Assembly (NCBI GenBank): GCA_048885525.1
Contig: JBHLLP010000037.1
Coordinates: 1-34,083 of the forward strand
Origin: Candidatus Hermodarchaeota archaeon
GTDB taxonomy: Archaea > Asgardarchaeota > Lokiarchaeia > Sigyniarchaeales > SOKP01
Direction of reading: 5' to 3'
Length of the DNA stretch: 34,083 bases
Positions 1 through 10,427 of this stretch are shown piece by piece. Position numbers and translations under genes: made by a program. The notes below the pieces were generated by a model that ran no database searches, had not been told where the DNA came from, and saw only the letters and a program-made list of their open reading frames with translations. The first letter of the stretch is position 1, and each line of letters opens with the position of its first letter.

Positions 1-1185
1 CTCTGGACTTTTTCGTTGATATATAAAACTTTTATAGATTGCTTCTTCAGCCATTAACTTCCACGACTCGACATCTGCCAATGTTGTAAGTCGAATCATT
101 ATTTCAGAACATCTCAAAGCGTCACTGAATAAACCAAAATCATAATAGATTCTAGAAGCAATCGAAATTTTTTCAAACACACTTGGGCTTTTGATATTCT
201 CTTTGAACCAATCTTTTATATTTAGAGATAATATTTCTGAGCTTAATTTTACTTTAACCTGAATTAACTCTTCGACTATATTTGCTGTATTTGCATTAAT
301 AAGATAAATTTTATTTTTATTACTAAAACGAGAGATTTCATGAAGTTTTTCGGCAATTAAAATTAAATCCTTATTGATTTTAGGAAAGGATTGACTCTTA
401 CCTGATATTATTTCGTATATAATTTCACTACCAGGTTGTATTGATTCGGAATGATTTATCCAAATTAATTCTTTAAGATTCTTTATTGCTTTTATTGTCG
501 GCATTATATCAAAATCATTTATACCTGAATAACCCATTATAATTAGCGAACGTCCTTCACAGATATTATCTAATAAAATCCGCTTAAAAGGCTCAATTTG
601 ATATATACTTTTTCCTGATTTATTTAATCCAAGAGTTTTAATTGTTTTCATAAAAGAGCTTCTCGTCTCTTCCCCAGTTATAATATTTTTAGCTGAACTG
701 TGGATTTTATAGATTGCTTTAAATCCATGTTTAAAGAGTTCAGTTGGATTAGAATAATTTTCAAAATCTTCCATTGTAATAACAGGTATAATTTTGTTAG
801 AAGGAATATTTAATTTAATAAGTGCATTTTCTATTAAAAAATCAAAATTAGTAGTCATTATGAAATGCCCTTTTCGGAGACAATCCGCTAAGAAAAAATG
901 TTGAAGATTTGGTTTAGTAAATAATCCAAAATAGTCAACAATTTTAAGATCTTCGTCTAAGTTGGAATAGATTATGTTTATTAATTGTTCTAATTTCAAA
1001 TCTTCTATTTTAAGAATATTTTCAATTTCAGATTCTGCACAAAAATAATTGATTAATTCTTTTTTTATTCTATTACCATCTGGGACACTTGAAGGAGAAT
1101 CAACAGAACAACCTGCCCCTATTAAAAAAGTTAATTTTTCCTCATTTCCAAATAGGTCCTTTATTTTGAGATTGGTCTGCTTCAT
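1..1185 (-). CDS. SIR2-like (SIR2_2) domain protein, probably with C-terminal TPR/helical region; 3' end runs off the window
   Basis: Absent from the ORF track because it is truncated. Manual translation from ATG at 1185 is open to the window edge (395 codons): MKQTNLKIKDLFGNEEKLTFLIGAGCSVDSPS...MTTNFDFLIENA...IYKIHSS...LIIMGYSGINDFDI. The GAGxS, TTNFD, KxH and GYS..D motifs are those of SIR2-like domains. Confidence 0.85.
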   Translation of the reverse strand, partial: MKQTNLKIKDLFGNEEKLTFLIGAGCSVDSPSSVPDGNRIKKELINYFCAESEIENILKIEDLKLEQLINIIYSNLDEDLKIVDYFGLFTKPNLQHFFLADCLRKGHFIMTTNFDFLIENALIKLNIPSNKIIPVITMEDFENYSNPTELFKHGFKAIYKIHSSAKNIITGEETRSSFMKTIKTLGLNKSGKSIYQIEPFKRILLDNICEGRSLIIMGYSGINDFDIMPTIKAIKNLKELIWINHSESIQPGSEIIYEIISGKSQSFPKINKDLILIAEKLHEISRFSNKNKIYLINANTANIVEELIQVKVKLSSEILSLNIKDWFKENIKSPSVFEKISIASRIYYDFGLFSDALRCSEIMIRLTTLADVESWKLMAEEAIYKSFIYQRKSPE

Positions 1186-1696
1186 TTATAATTTCTAAAG
1201 TAATTAATAAGCTAATAATATTTTAAGAGAGTTATCTATTTTTATCTTTCGGACTTTAGAAATTCCTATTACTGCCACATAATTAAACGTGGTATATCTA
1301 AAGAATCTAATTATATTAAAATTTCTTCAATTGGTACTGAAATCTAAAAAAAAGTAACATTCCTAATAAATTTCAAATTATAAACGCAACTATAATTGTT
1401 AGAACAAATAAAGAATTAAAAAGTCTATAAAAATAATAAAAATTTTGATATAGATAAACGTGTGGAATATTTTGAGAAACACCCAAATTGAATATAACTC
1501 TATCAGAAAGTAGTAAAATAGCAATGCAAATTAATGAAGACAAAAAAGAGAAAAAATCAAAGGAATATGTATTTTATGGATTTTTTTAGTATTAGCAATA
1601 ATTCACTATGTTTCAGTTAAAAAATAATCTCAAAATCCTAGACAAAAATTTTTGAATAACGAGACACCTGAAATAATTATGAGAAGTAAAAAAAGT

Positions 1697-1721
1697 AAAA
1701 ATATCCCCCGCTGATATTTTT
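1697..1721. terminator. Short inverted repeat/hairpin in a long intergenic region (possible terminator or operator)
   Basis: AAAAATATC-CCCCGCT-GATATTTTT: 9-bp arms around a 7-nt loop. The arms are AT-rich, so chance occurrence is possible. Confidence 0.25.
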
Positions 1722-1936
1722 TATTAAATTTCCTACGATATTAACCTCAATCCAAACTTATAAATTTTCACATATCTGTAGATTGAACATTAGAGATTAA
1801 TATCTTATTTAATATGCTATTAACCGACGGAATTTAACTATTCTATTCAACATTTTTAATGTTTGTTATTACATTCGCAAATTTCAAGAACTGGTAATTA
1901 ATATCTATCTAAAAAAATTCTTGTAAAAAAAATAAA

Positions 1937-2053
1937 TTATTCTACCAAGGAAAAGGTACAACTAGTATCTCCGCATCCAGGACATTTGAAATCTTCCTCT
2001 GGGAAGTCATCTGAGTTAAATTCATGACCACACTTGTCACATTTCCATAACAT
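1937..2053 (-). CDS. Small rubredoxin-like/zinc-ribbon protein (38 aa)
   Basis: Manual translation MLWKCDKCGHEFNSDDFPEEDFKCPGCGDTSCTFSLVE*, with W-x-CxxCG ... CPxCG knuckles. Below the ORF-track length cutoff. Confidence 0.8.
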   Translation of the reverse strand: MLWKCDKCGHEFNSDDFPEEDFKCPGCGDTSCTFSLVE

Positions 2054-2177
2054 TAATATCTCATTTTGAATCAATTTTCAAAATCCTATCTATTAAAATA
2101 AAAAGAGTCTAAATATAAAGTTTATCGAAAAACTAAGCCTTAAATATTAAATTTATCACTTTTATAAATCAACTTGC

Positions 2178-2708
2178 TTAAGAGATTACAGAAATTACTT
2201 CTTTAAAGATAAGATGAAAATTTTGAGGATTTAATTTCAAGAGATGAACAGAGGGGATGTCTAAAAGATAATTTTTTAATGAATGCCTTAAATTTAAGCC
2301 CATAGTTGCAATAATTGATATATCAGTATTAAATATTATCTTGATGAAATCTTGAAACTTTTCTGAAAAAAGCTCCATTTTGCCAATTTCATCAATTATA
2401 ATTAAATCAACCGTTTTTCCTTCTATTTTTAAGGTATTTTCAAGGTATCTATCAAATTCTTCAACAAAAACATTATATTTACCTAATTTTGATTTAGTAT
2501 TGAAATTTCCCACTCTTGCTAATTGAGATTTTTCCCCAGAGTAAATGTCTAAAATATCAAAACCAATTCGATTGCCATGCTCTCTAACTTCAGGGGTTAA
2601 AAAGCCATAAATAATTGAATTACGTTCAGAAAAATACTTTATTAATTTTGATATTAAAGTTGATTTACCACATCGAGGTGGTCCTGTAATAAGTATTTTA
2701 TTACTCAT
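2178..2708 (-). CDS. Nucleoside triphosphatase, THEP1/NTPase_1 family
   Basis: ITGPPRCGKST Walker A, GFLTPEVRE..RIGF, and IIIDEIGKMEL Walker B, typical of THEP1. Confidence 0.92.
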   Translation of the reverse strand: MSNKILITGPPRCGKSTLISKLIKYFSERNSIIYGFLTPEVREHGNRIGFDILDIYSGEKSQLARVGNFNTKSKLGKYNVFVEEFDRYLENTLKIEGKTVDLIIIDEIGKMELFSEKFQDFIKIIFNTDISIIATMGLNLRHSLKNYLLDIPSVHLLKLNPQNFHLIFKEVISVIS

Positions 2709-2807
2709 TTAATTCATAAATTAAAACTTTATTTATGGTAAGAATTTAGATGATATTATAAAAAATTTATTTAATTTTTCCTAAAAAATATAATTGGAGT
2801 CAAAAAC

Positions 2808-3755
2808 ATGAAAAGTACAACATTTAATTTTAAAGATCAAGATGCAATTGAAATTTTCGTTTATAAATGGGAACCAGATACAGAACCAAAAGCTATAGTT
2901 CAGATTCTTCATGGATTAGCTGAACATGCAAAGAGATACACCCGAGTAGCAGAAGCTCTGTGTAAAGAAGGATATATCTGCTATGCAAATGATCATCGCG
3001 GTCATGGATTAACTGCGGGTGACTTGACAGAAGCAACTTTAAAAGACAATGCTGGAGTTCTTGGTCCTAATGGATGGAGAAGTGTCGTTAACGATGTTTA
3101 CGAGTTATCAAATATAATCAGGAAAGAATACCCTAATCTACCATTGTTTTTAATAGGTCATTCTTGGGGTGCCTGGTTAGCTCAAGATTATATCCAAGAA
3201 TGGGGTAATGAAATTAAAGGATGCATTCTAAGCGGTACTAACGGGAAAGTAAGAGGCATGGTAATTAAAGCTGGAAAGTTACTTCTTAAAAGCGAAATGA
3301 AAAAGCTTAGCCCTACTGAACCAAGTCAAAAGATGTATGATATGAATTTTAAATCTAACAATCGTGATTGGAAAAATGAAGAAGGCGCAACTGGATTTGA
3401 ATGGCTTAGTAGAGATAAGGCTGAAGTCAAAAAATATATTGATGATCCTTGGTGTGGATTCGTTCCTCCTGCTAGTCTTTGGTTAGAATTCCTTTATGGA
3501 TTTGAAAAAATGTATGATCCAAAAAATGAACAAAGAGTACCAAAAGATTTACCTGTATTTTTTATTTCTGGTTCAGAATGCCCTATTGGAAATAAGACAA
3601 AATACGTACAAGGTATGATTGATCGTTATAAGAAATATGGGATTAAAGATGTTACCTACAAGTTTTATCAAGACGCCCGACATGAAATATTTAATGAAAT
3701 TAATCGTGAAGATGTCTTTCAAGATGTAATAAATTGGTTGGATTATCATTTATAA
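2808..3755 (+). CDS. Alpha/beta hydrolase, lysophospholipase/monoglyceride lipase-like
   Basis: HGLAEH..RY, DHRGHG, GHSWG nucleophile elbow, C-terminal RHEIFNE; GGAG upstream of the ATG. Confidence 0.9.
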   Translation: MKSTTFNFKDQDAIEIFVYKWEPDTEPKAIVQILHGLAEHAKRYTRVAEALCKEGYICYANDHRGHGLTAGDLTEATLKDNAGVLGPNGWRSVVNDVYELSNIIRKEYPNLPLFLIGHSWGAWLAQDYIQEWGNEIKGCILSGTNGKVRGMVIKAGKLLLKSEMKKLSPTEPSQKMYDMNFKSNNRDWKNEEGATGFEWLSRDKAEVKKYIDDPWCGFVPPASLWLEFLYGFEKMYDPKNEQRVPKDLPVFFISGSECPIGNKTKYVQGMIDRYKKYGIKDVTYKFYQDARHEIFNEINREDVFQDVINWLDYHL

Positions 3756-3795
3756 ATATTGAAAACTAAAACTAAAAAACTTCTTTTTTAGATCT

Positions 3796-4926
3796 TTATT
3801 TATCTAATTCTCTAAATTTTTGGAGTAAATCCTTTTGCTTATCTGAAATTTTTCTAGGAATTTCAATATTTACTATTACATATTGATCTCCTCTTCCTCG
3901 CCCCCGCATATATGTTACCCCTCGATTTTTTATGCGAAACTCTGTTCCTGGTTGTGTTCCAGGAGGAATTGTCAGTTCTTTTTCTGTTAACTTCTTTTCT
4001 TTATAATCTAATGTAGGAACGTTTATTTTTCCTCCAATTATAGCAGTTACAACGTCTACATCCACGGGAGTATAAAGATCATTTCCACGTCGTATGAATT
4101 GTTCGTCACCAGTTATTCTGATTCCTAAATAAAGATCTCCGGGTATTGCGTTAACAGATGGTACATGCCCAGCCCCTTGAACTTTTAAATGAACCCCATC
4201 TTCAACACCTTCTGGAATCGAGACGTGAATTGTTTTCATTTCAGGGATTACTTTTTTTCCTCCACAGGTCTTACATTTTTTCTCAATTACTCTTCCCGTA
4301 CCATTACAACTGTAACATTCTGATTCTCTTATAATAGTTCCAAATCCGGATTGTGTCATTTTCCTAATCCGCCCTGAACCTTGACATTCTGGACAAGATT
4401 TTATACTTGAAGGATCCTCCGCACCTGTCCCTTCGCAATCATCACAAGGAGTATATCTTTCTATAGGAATATCCTTTTTGACACCAAACATCGCTTCCTC
4501 AAAAGTAATTTCTATATGATCTTCTAAATCTTGGCCAACTTCTCTACGTGGAGTACTACTTCTTCTAGCCCTTGTACCAAAACCACCAAAACCAAAATCA
4601 TCAAAACCACCAAAAGAACCAAAGCCGCCAAAAATACTCCGTAATAATTCATCGATTCCTGGAATACCGCCACGGAAAAAGTCACTCATATCAACATGTA
4701 CACCACTAAAACCAAATCTATCATAATTTTGTCTTTTCTCTTCATCACTTAAAACTTCATATGCTTCTTGGAGTTCAATAAATTTCTCCTTTGCATTTGG
4801 ATCAGTCTTATTTAAATCTGGATGTAACTTTCTGGCTAATCTTCGATACGCAAGTTTAATGTCATTTAAACTAGCATCTTTACTTACACCAAGCACTTCA
4901 TAGTAATCTCTTTTCTTAGAACTCAT
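3796..4926 (-). CDS. dnaJ: Chaperone DnaJ (class A)
   Basis: J-domain with HPD, G/F-rich linker, four CxxCxGxG-type repeats ([32 protein letters not shown]) and C-terminal domain; lies downstream of dnaK. Confidence 0.97.
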   Translation of the reverse strand: MSSKKRDYYEVLGVSKDASLNDIKLAYRRLARKLHPDLNKTDPNAKEKFIELQEAYEVLSDEEKRQNYDRFGFSGVHVDMSDFFRGGIPGIDELLRSIFGGFGSFGGFDDFGFGGFGTRARRSSTPRREVGQDLEDHIEITFEEAMFGVKKDIPIERYTPCDDCEGTGAEDPSSIKSCPECQGSGRIRKMTQSGFGTIIRESECYSCNGTGRVIEKKCKTCGGKKVIPEMKTIHVSIPEGVEDGVHLKVQGAGHVPSVNAIPGDLYLGIRITGDEQFIRRGNDLYTPVDVDVVTAIIGGKINVPTLDYKEKKLTEKELTIPPGTQPGTEFRIKNRGVTYMRGRGRGDQYVIVNIEIPRKISDKQKDLLQKFRELDK

Positions 4927-5181
4927 GATTCTTTAGTACCTTAGTATAATGAAATATATTTAAAACTCAAGTAAATAAAATTGTTTATAAAATTTAATTT
5001 TTTAGGTAATAGGCTATTAGATAGAATAATAGTAGAATCCTTTATAAATTAAAAGAGGTATTATATGAATTAAACAATTCTTCCTAATTCTTAATGAAAA
5101 GTCCTATAAATTATATCGAAGATAACGAAAAATATAAAAAAATAATGGAAAACAAGAAAAAATTATTTTGACTAGGTAGAC

Positions 5182-7191
5182 TTAATCTTCGTCCCAATCA
5201 ACATCTACAACTTTCTTTTTCTTCTCTTCTTCCTTTTCTTTTTTGTATGATGCACCACCAGCACCAGATTCACCTGGTGGAACGCCACCCATACCACCCG
5301 GAGGGACACCTCCTGGGGGAGCACCCCCCATACCACTTGCAGCACGCTGAGCTTGTTCAGCTGCTTGTTGGTATACTTGATCTTGAGCTTGAGCCTGATA
5401 AATCCTCTGGGAAAAGCTATACATAGACTTCTGCAGATTTTCGATACCTAACTTAATTCTTTGTACATCATCCGTTTTAATATCTTCTTCTAATGATGCG
5501 ATAGCTGCTTCAATTGCTTTCTTTTCATTTTCTTGAATCTTGTCTTTATTATCCTCCATTAATTTCCGGGTTTGATAAATCATCGAATCAGCATTATTTT
5601 TAGCTTCAACTAATTCTCTAACTTTCTTATCTTCCTCTTCAAATTGTTCTGCTGTTTGAACTTTTTCTTTAATCTCTTCTGGAGTTAAGCCTTGAGCGCC
5701 AGTAACAGTGATTCCAGTTTGTTTTCCTGTTCCCAAATCTTTCGCAGTTACATGTACAATACCATCAGCATCTATTGAAAATTTTACTTCGATCTGTGGT
5801 ATACCTCGAGGCGCAGGTGGAATACCAGTTAAATGAAACATTCCTAAAGAGATATTATCTTTAGCCATAGCTCTCTCTCCTTGGAGAACGTTTATAGTAA
5901 CTGCAGGTTGATTATCTGCTGCTGTACTGAACACTTGACTTTTTTCAGTCGGTATTGTACTATTTCGTTCAATTAGTTTGGTGAATACACCACCTAAAGT
6001 CTCAACTCCTAATGAAAGTGGAGTGACATCAAGAAGTAATAGATCTTCCACATCTCCAGCAATAACACCACCTTGGATTGATGCTCCAATAGCAACACAT
6101 TCCATTGGATCAACTGAATGTTCGGGTTCTTTTCCACCAAAAAATTTCTTAAATCTTTGTTGGACAGATGGCATTCTTGTTGGACCGCCAACTAAAATCA
6201 CTTTGTCAACATTATTAGGTGCTAATTTCGCATCTGAAATTGCTCTTTGCATAATGGGATCAAGCCGTCTGAGAGTAGGTTCTATTAAAGATTCTAATTT
6301 TGCTCTTGTGAGTTCCATGGTTAAATGAACAGGATTACCCCCTTTTTGTGAAATGTAAGGTAAATTTATAGTAGTGGATAAAGTCGTGGATAATTCTATT
6401 TTCGCTTTTTCAGCTGCGTCTTTAATTCTTATCCATGCTTTACTGTCACCCTTTAAATCGATTCCTTCTTTCTTTTTAAATTCTTCAGTTACCCAATCAA
6501 TTATTTGGTTATCCATATCGGTTCCGCCCAACTGGGTATCTCCTGCCGTGGATAGGACCTCTACAACACCCTCTCCATACTCCATAATCGTTATATCGAA
6601 AGTACCGCCCCCTAAGTCTAATACGCAAATCTTCATTAGTTTATCTTTAGTATCTTTATCTAAACCATAAGCCAAACACGCTGCAGTTGGTTCATTAATC
6701 ATTCGCACAACTTCGAGTCCAGCAATTTCTCCAGCATTCTTTGTAGCAGTCCTCTGGGCGTCATTAAAATAGGCAGGAACGGTTATTACTGCTTTTTCAA
6801 CGTCCTCTCCTAAATATGCCGATGCATCAGTTTTAATTTTCTTTAATATCATAGCACTTATTTCTTCAGGAGAAAATTCTTGCCATTTATCTCCCACTTT
6901 CAATTTTGCTTTATAAGACGTTCCCATTTTACGTTTAATAGCGGTAACTGTACCATCTGGATTTGAAACAGCTTGTCTTCGAGCTGGTTCACCAACTATT
7001 TTACGTCCGTTCTCATCAAATGCTACATATGAAGGAAATGCCTTTCCTCCAAGAGTTCTGCCTTCTGCAGCTGGTACTATCTCAGGTTTACCAGTTCCAG
7101 TTAGAACTGCGCAAGCACTATTAGAAGTTCCAAGATCTATTCCGATTATCTTTTCTTTTCTTTTTGGTTTTTCAGTTTTTTCTTCACTCAT
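5182..7191 (-). CDS. dnaK: Chaperone DnaK (Hsp70)
   Basis: [41 protein letters not shown] linker, [12 protein letters not shown]. Confidence 0.98.
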   Translation of the reverse strand: MSEEKTEKPKRKEKIIGIDLGTSNSACAVLTGTGKPEIVPAAEGRTLGGKAFPSYVAFDENGRKIVGEPARRQAVSNPDGTVTAIKRKMGTSYKAKLKVGDKWQEFSPEEISAMILKKIKTDASAYLGEDVEKAVITVPAYFNDAQRTATKNAGEIAGLEVVRMINEPTAACLAYGLDKDTKDKLMKICVLDLGGGTFDITIMEYGEGVVEVLSTAGDTQLGGTDMDNQIIDWVTEEFKKKEGIDLKGDSKAWIRIKDAAEKAKIELSTTLSTTINLPYISQKGGNPVHLTMELTRAKLESLIEPTLRRLDPIMQRAISDAKLAPNNVDKVILVGGPTRMPSVQQRFKKFFGGKEPEHSVDPMECVAIGASIQGGVIAGDVEDLLLLDVTPLSLGVETLGGVFTKLIERNSTIPTEKSQVFSTAADNQPAVTINVLQGERAMAKDNISLGMFHLTGIPPAPRGIPQIEVKFSIDADGIVHVTAKDLGTGKQTGITVTGAQGLTPEEIKEKVQTAEQFEEEDKKVRELVEAKNNADSMIYQTRKLMEDNKDKIQENEKKAIEAAIASLEEDIKTDDVQRIKLGIENLQKSMYSFSQRIYQAQAQDQVYQQAAEQAQRAASGMGGAPPGGVPPGGMGGVPPGESGAGGASYKKEKEEEKKKKVVDVDWDED

Positions 7192-7430
7192 AGTCCTCTC
7201 ATCTTCTTATCTTGGATTTATTTGTATTTATACTATTAATTTTGAATGATTTTCTAGAATATAATAATTTAATTCTTTTAAATTGTAAATTTACTATTGT
7301 AAGGTAATTTATGAATATATAAAATTTTTATGATATATGCTTCTTTAAAAAGATAGTAAAATTATTTCTAATAATTAGATAATGAAATATTGAATTAAAC
7401 AAAAATTTAGAATAATAAGAGTTGAAAAAT

Positions 7431-8264
7431 ATGTATATTGATTGTCATGCGCATATATTTTTTACTCCAATTCCTTCTGAAGCTATTGAAAAGGATATAA
7501 TAGGCGAGATACCCTCTCCTACTATGAATTTTATAAGTAGAATGATTTCTAACGCAAACAAGAAGGGTGTAGATTACATTGTTGGAATTATAAGTAATCC
7601 TAACGATTTCCCTTGGTACCGTAAACAATTGGAGCTTAAAAATATAATAAATGTTATAGGCATTCAAAGAAGAAAAGCTCTTGAAGACCATTCATATTTG
7701 ATGTCGCTATTGAAAAAAGAAATTGAAAGGAAAATGCCTCATGCAATAGGCGAGATTGGATTGGATTATGTATATGGTTTTGAAAGGTTGGGTGGGCATG
7801 AAAAAAACACGATCAAGAAAAAACAGCAGAAATTATTTAGAAAACAGATACGATTAGCAAAAGAATTAGATTTACCAATCGTAGTTCATGCAGGTTATCG
7901 CAATGATAAAGATATTGTAGAAGTATTAAAACAAGAAAAAACTCAAGACGTAGGAGGTCAAATTCATGGGTATATGTCTGATGTAGAATTAGTTTCCGAA
8001 CTGCTTGAAATGGGTTTTTATTTTTCTTTTGGATATAATCATTCAAGAGAGGAAGAATTAAAAAGAATAGTTAAAATCACTCCATTGGAACAAATACTTA
8101 CTGAAACGGATGCTCCATTTCATTTGATGGAAACTCCGAAACGATTTATACTTCCTGAAGATATTATTTTGATAAACGAAGAGATTGCTCGTTTAAAGGA
8201 GATTGACCTAGAAACTTTTACACTTCAGATAATGAGAAACGCTAGAGATCTTTTTAAATTTTAG
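7431..8264 (+). CDS. tatD: TatD family hydrolase/nuclease
   Basis: IDCHAH, IGEIGLDY, PIVVH, QIH and LTETDAP. ATG at 7431 is preferred over TTG at 7422. Confidence 0.88.
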   Translation: MYIDCHAHIFFTPIPSEAIEKDIIGEIPSPTMNFISRMISNANKKGVDYIVGIISNPNDFPWYRKQLELKNIINVIGIQRRKALEDHSYLMSLLKKEIERKMPHAIGEIGLDYVYGFERLGGHEKNTIKKKQQKLFRKQIRLAKELDLPIVVHAGYRNDKDIVEVLKQEKTQDVGGQIHGYMSDVELVSELLEMGFYFSFGYNHSREEELKRIVKITPLEQILTETDAPFHLMETPKRFILPEDIILINEEIARLKEIDLETFTLQIMRNARDLFKF

Positions 8265-8462
8265 ATTAAAATCGATTTTTATCATATAATTTTGGAAGAC
8301 AGTTATTATCATACTAATTATTAGTATTATATTAATTTATAATTATTAATTATCTAAGTGAGACTGATTCTAGGCAAATCATTTATAAAGATCTCTAAGT
8401 CATAAAATTAAAAAAAGTGTATCTATTTTAAAACATATATCTTCATTTCTTTAAATTTAATT

Positions 8463-9296
8463 ATGAATTCAAAGGGACCTGATATGGAAGACAGTAATGA
8501 CAATGATATAAAAGAAGGTGTCGAGCAAGATATATCTTCTGATAGTAAGACAGCAGAACAAAAAGAAAATATAGAAAGTGAAATAGTAAGTGAAGAAGTA
8601 AAAAAATTAGAAGAAAAAGAGCATTATGAATTAGATTATTTTTCTAAAGAAGATTTAGTCAAGGAAAAGGAAAATCTTGAGCAAAAGATAAAAGACTTAA
8701 AAGAAAAAACTGAGAAATTACAGAAAGAAAATGGTGAGTCAAGGAATAAATTCATGCATCTCCAGGCTGAATTTGAAAATGCACAAAAGAGATGGGATAA
8801 AAATCGACAAAATCTGAGAATTGAGTATACAGCATCGGTTTTAAAGAATTTCTTACCTTTATATGACTCATTTAAAAAAGCTCTTGAGAGTGCGAATGAA
8901 ACGGAAAAAAAAATCATCGAAGGCTTTTACAACCAATTTATGAATATATTCAAATCATATGGTGTAGAACCGATAAAAGTAGAAATAAACGATGAGTTTG
9001 ATTACAGTATTCATGAAGCTTTAACCTCGGTTGAAAAAGAAGATGTTCCAGAGAATAAAGTGCTTGAAATAGTCCAAGATGGCTTCAAATATGGAAAAGA
9101 AGTAATCCGTTATACTAAAGTTATCATATCAAGAAAACCAAAACCTCCCAAACCAGAACCCGAAGAAAAAGAGGCTGAAGAAGAAGTATCTGAAGAAAAA
9201 ACAACAGAGGAAGAAATACCTGAATATCAAGAAAAACAAGTAAAAGAAAAAAAACATAAAAAGCAAAAGAAAGAAAAAGATAAGGAAAGTTCATAA
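8463..9296 (+). CDS. grpE: Nucleotide exchange factor GrpE with long charged N- and C-terminal extensions
   Basis: Coiled coil followed by LQAEFEN..KR, FLPLYDSF, FDYSIHEAL, EIVQDGF...VIR..KV; near dnaK/dnaJ. Confidence 0.93.
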   Translation: MNSKGPDMEDSNDNDIKEGVEQDISSDSKTAEQKENIESEIVSEEVKKLEEKEHYELDYFSKEDLVKEKENLEQKIKDLKEKTEKLQKENGESRNKFMHLQAEFENAQKRWDKNRQNLRIEYTASVLKNFLPLYDSFKKALESANETEKKIIEGFYNQFMNIFKSYGVEPIKVEINDEFDYSIHEALTSVEKEDVPENKVLEIVQDGFKYGKEVIRYTKVIISRKPKPPKPEPEEKEAEEEVSEEKTTEEEIPEYQEKQVKEKKHKKQKKEKDKESS

Positions 9297-9387
9297 TTTA
9301 ATTTTCAGAAATTTATTTATTTTAACCTAAAAGATTAATAACTTTAATTTGTTTTTTTACTTAAAAAATAATAAAAATAAAGGAAAA

Positions 9388-9639
9388 ATGGCAGAAGAAC
9401 CGCAACTCCCTCCAATTCCCTCAATTGGAGATATATTAGATAGAAAGAAAAGGTTTGTTGAAAAGAAGCACAGTGTAATTAAATGTGGTAATTGTTCAGA
9501 GAGTTTTTCACGTACATTTAAACCGGGAGATTTTGTGTTTAAGAGAATTGAAGATGAAGAATGTAAGAAGTGTCAAAGAACAAGAACCTTAACGGTTGTA
9601 GAAATCTATTCTGAATGGGTTGATCCTAAGAAAAAATAA
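9388..9639 (+). CDS. Small archaeal-type zinc-binding protein (two CxxC)
   Basis: From ATG 9388 (AGGA upstream): MAEEPQLPP...KCGNC...RTFKPGDFVFK....ECKKC....VVEIY. Confidence 0.75.
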   Translation: MAEEPQLPPIPSIGDILDRKKRFVEKKHSVIKCGNCSESFSRTFKPGDFVFKRIEDEECKKCQRTRTLTVVEIYSEWVDPKKK

Positions 9640-9693
9640 ATTTGTTAGTTCTCGATTCTTATTTTTAATAAAAAATTATAGTTGTTATATTGT

Positions 9694-10329
9694 TTAGTCC
9701 TTAATTCTTTTCCTATTTATTGCAATGTATAGACATGCTAAAGCTATTCCTACTCCGAGTAAGAAACATATGATAATTAGATACCTAATAGGGCCACGAG
9801 TGCTGATATCTAGAAATGGATATAAGTAATCACCAGTGAAAGTGCCAAGTATCAAAGCAAATATTAAATATCCTATCGGATAAATAGTCCAATACGGTAA
9901 GTATTTCCACTCATATTTGACGTTGTTTTCAGTTAATACCCAATCGGTTATGAATGCAATCGGGGTAATATAATGTAATATAAGATTACTAAATGCTGCC
10001 CAACCCGTAGGAAGATAAAAAATTTGTAGCAAGATCGCAAAAAAAACAAAAGTTGTGGAAATATAGAACGTAAAAGCGCCTTTTATAGGGCCTGATATTT
10101 TTGCAAGAGATTCTGGTTTATTATACCATACAATTGCTAAAGTAAACCATATAGTAACCATTAAATTTGTTTGCATCGTATAATATTTAAAACCGACTAA
10201 CCAACTGAAAGGATCACCAGAGGTAATTGAACCGATGATCCAGCTCGTTATTATTGTAAACCAACTTAATCCAGTAAAAATTATCCGATATAATAAAAGA
10301 TTTTTTGTTGAAAGAGTGAAATTTTTCAT
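9694..10329 (-). CDS. Pr6Pr / FAR-17a/AIG1-like integral membrane protein
   Basis: About six hydrophobic segments; YYTMQTN, LHYITP...DW and YLYPFLD motifs. Start taken as ATG 10329 (MKNF). Confidence 0.8.
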   Translation of the reverse strand: MKNFTLSTKNLLLYRIIFTGLSWFTIITSWIIGSITSGDPFSWLVGFKYYTMQTNLMVTIWFTLAIVWYNKPESLAKISGPIKGAFTFYISTTFVFFAILLQIFYLPTGWAAFSNLILHYITPIAFITDWVLTENNVKYEWKYLPYWTIYPIGYLIFALILGTFTGDYLYPFLDISTRGPIRYLIIICFLLGVGIALACLYIAINRKRIKD

Positions 10330-10427
10330 TTTTATTAACTCCGAACCCATATTTAGATGTATATAAAGCAAGAAGAATGATATTAAAACTATTCTTTTAT
10401 GAATATCTATTAATGTTTAAAAATAAT

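Noticed and set aside
1186-1936. Long intergenic region as a possible ncRNA or gene remnant
   Set aside because: Only very short ORFs (about 21 aa) were seen, with no GC-rich structured segment or repeat array.
5978-6670. Tracked ORFs 5978-6328, 6009-6191 and 6374-6670 inside dnaK
   Set aside because: Antisense or alternative-frame shadows of a highly conserved gene, with no motifs.
7241-7310. TTCTAGAA (HSE-like) and TTAC-TATT-GTAA upstream of dnaK as heat-shock elements
   Set aside because: Short AT-rich palindromes are expected by chance; there is no CIRCE and no convincing copy upstream of grpE or dnaJ.
8311-8327. Inverted repeat ATACTAAT-T-ATTAGTAT upstream of grpE
   Set aside because: Almost all A/T in a low-complexity region; cannot be distinguished from background.
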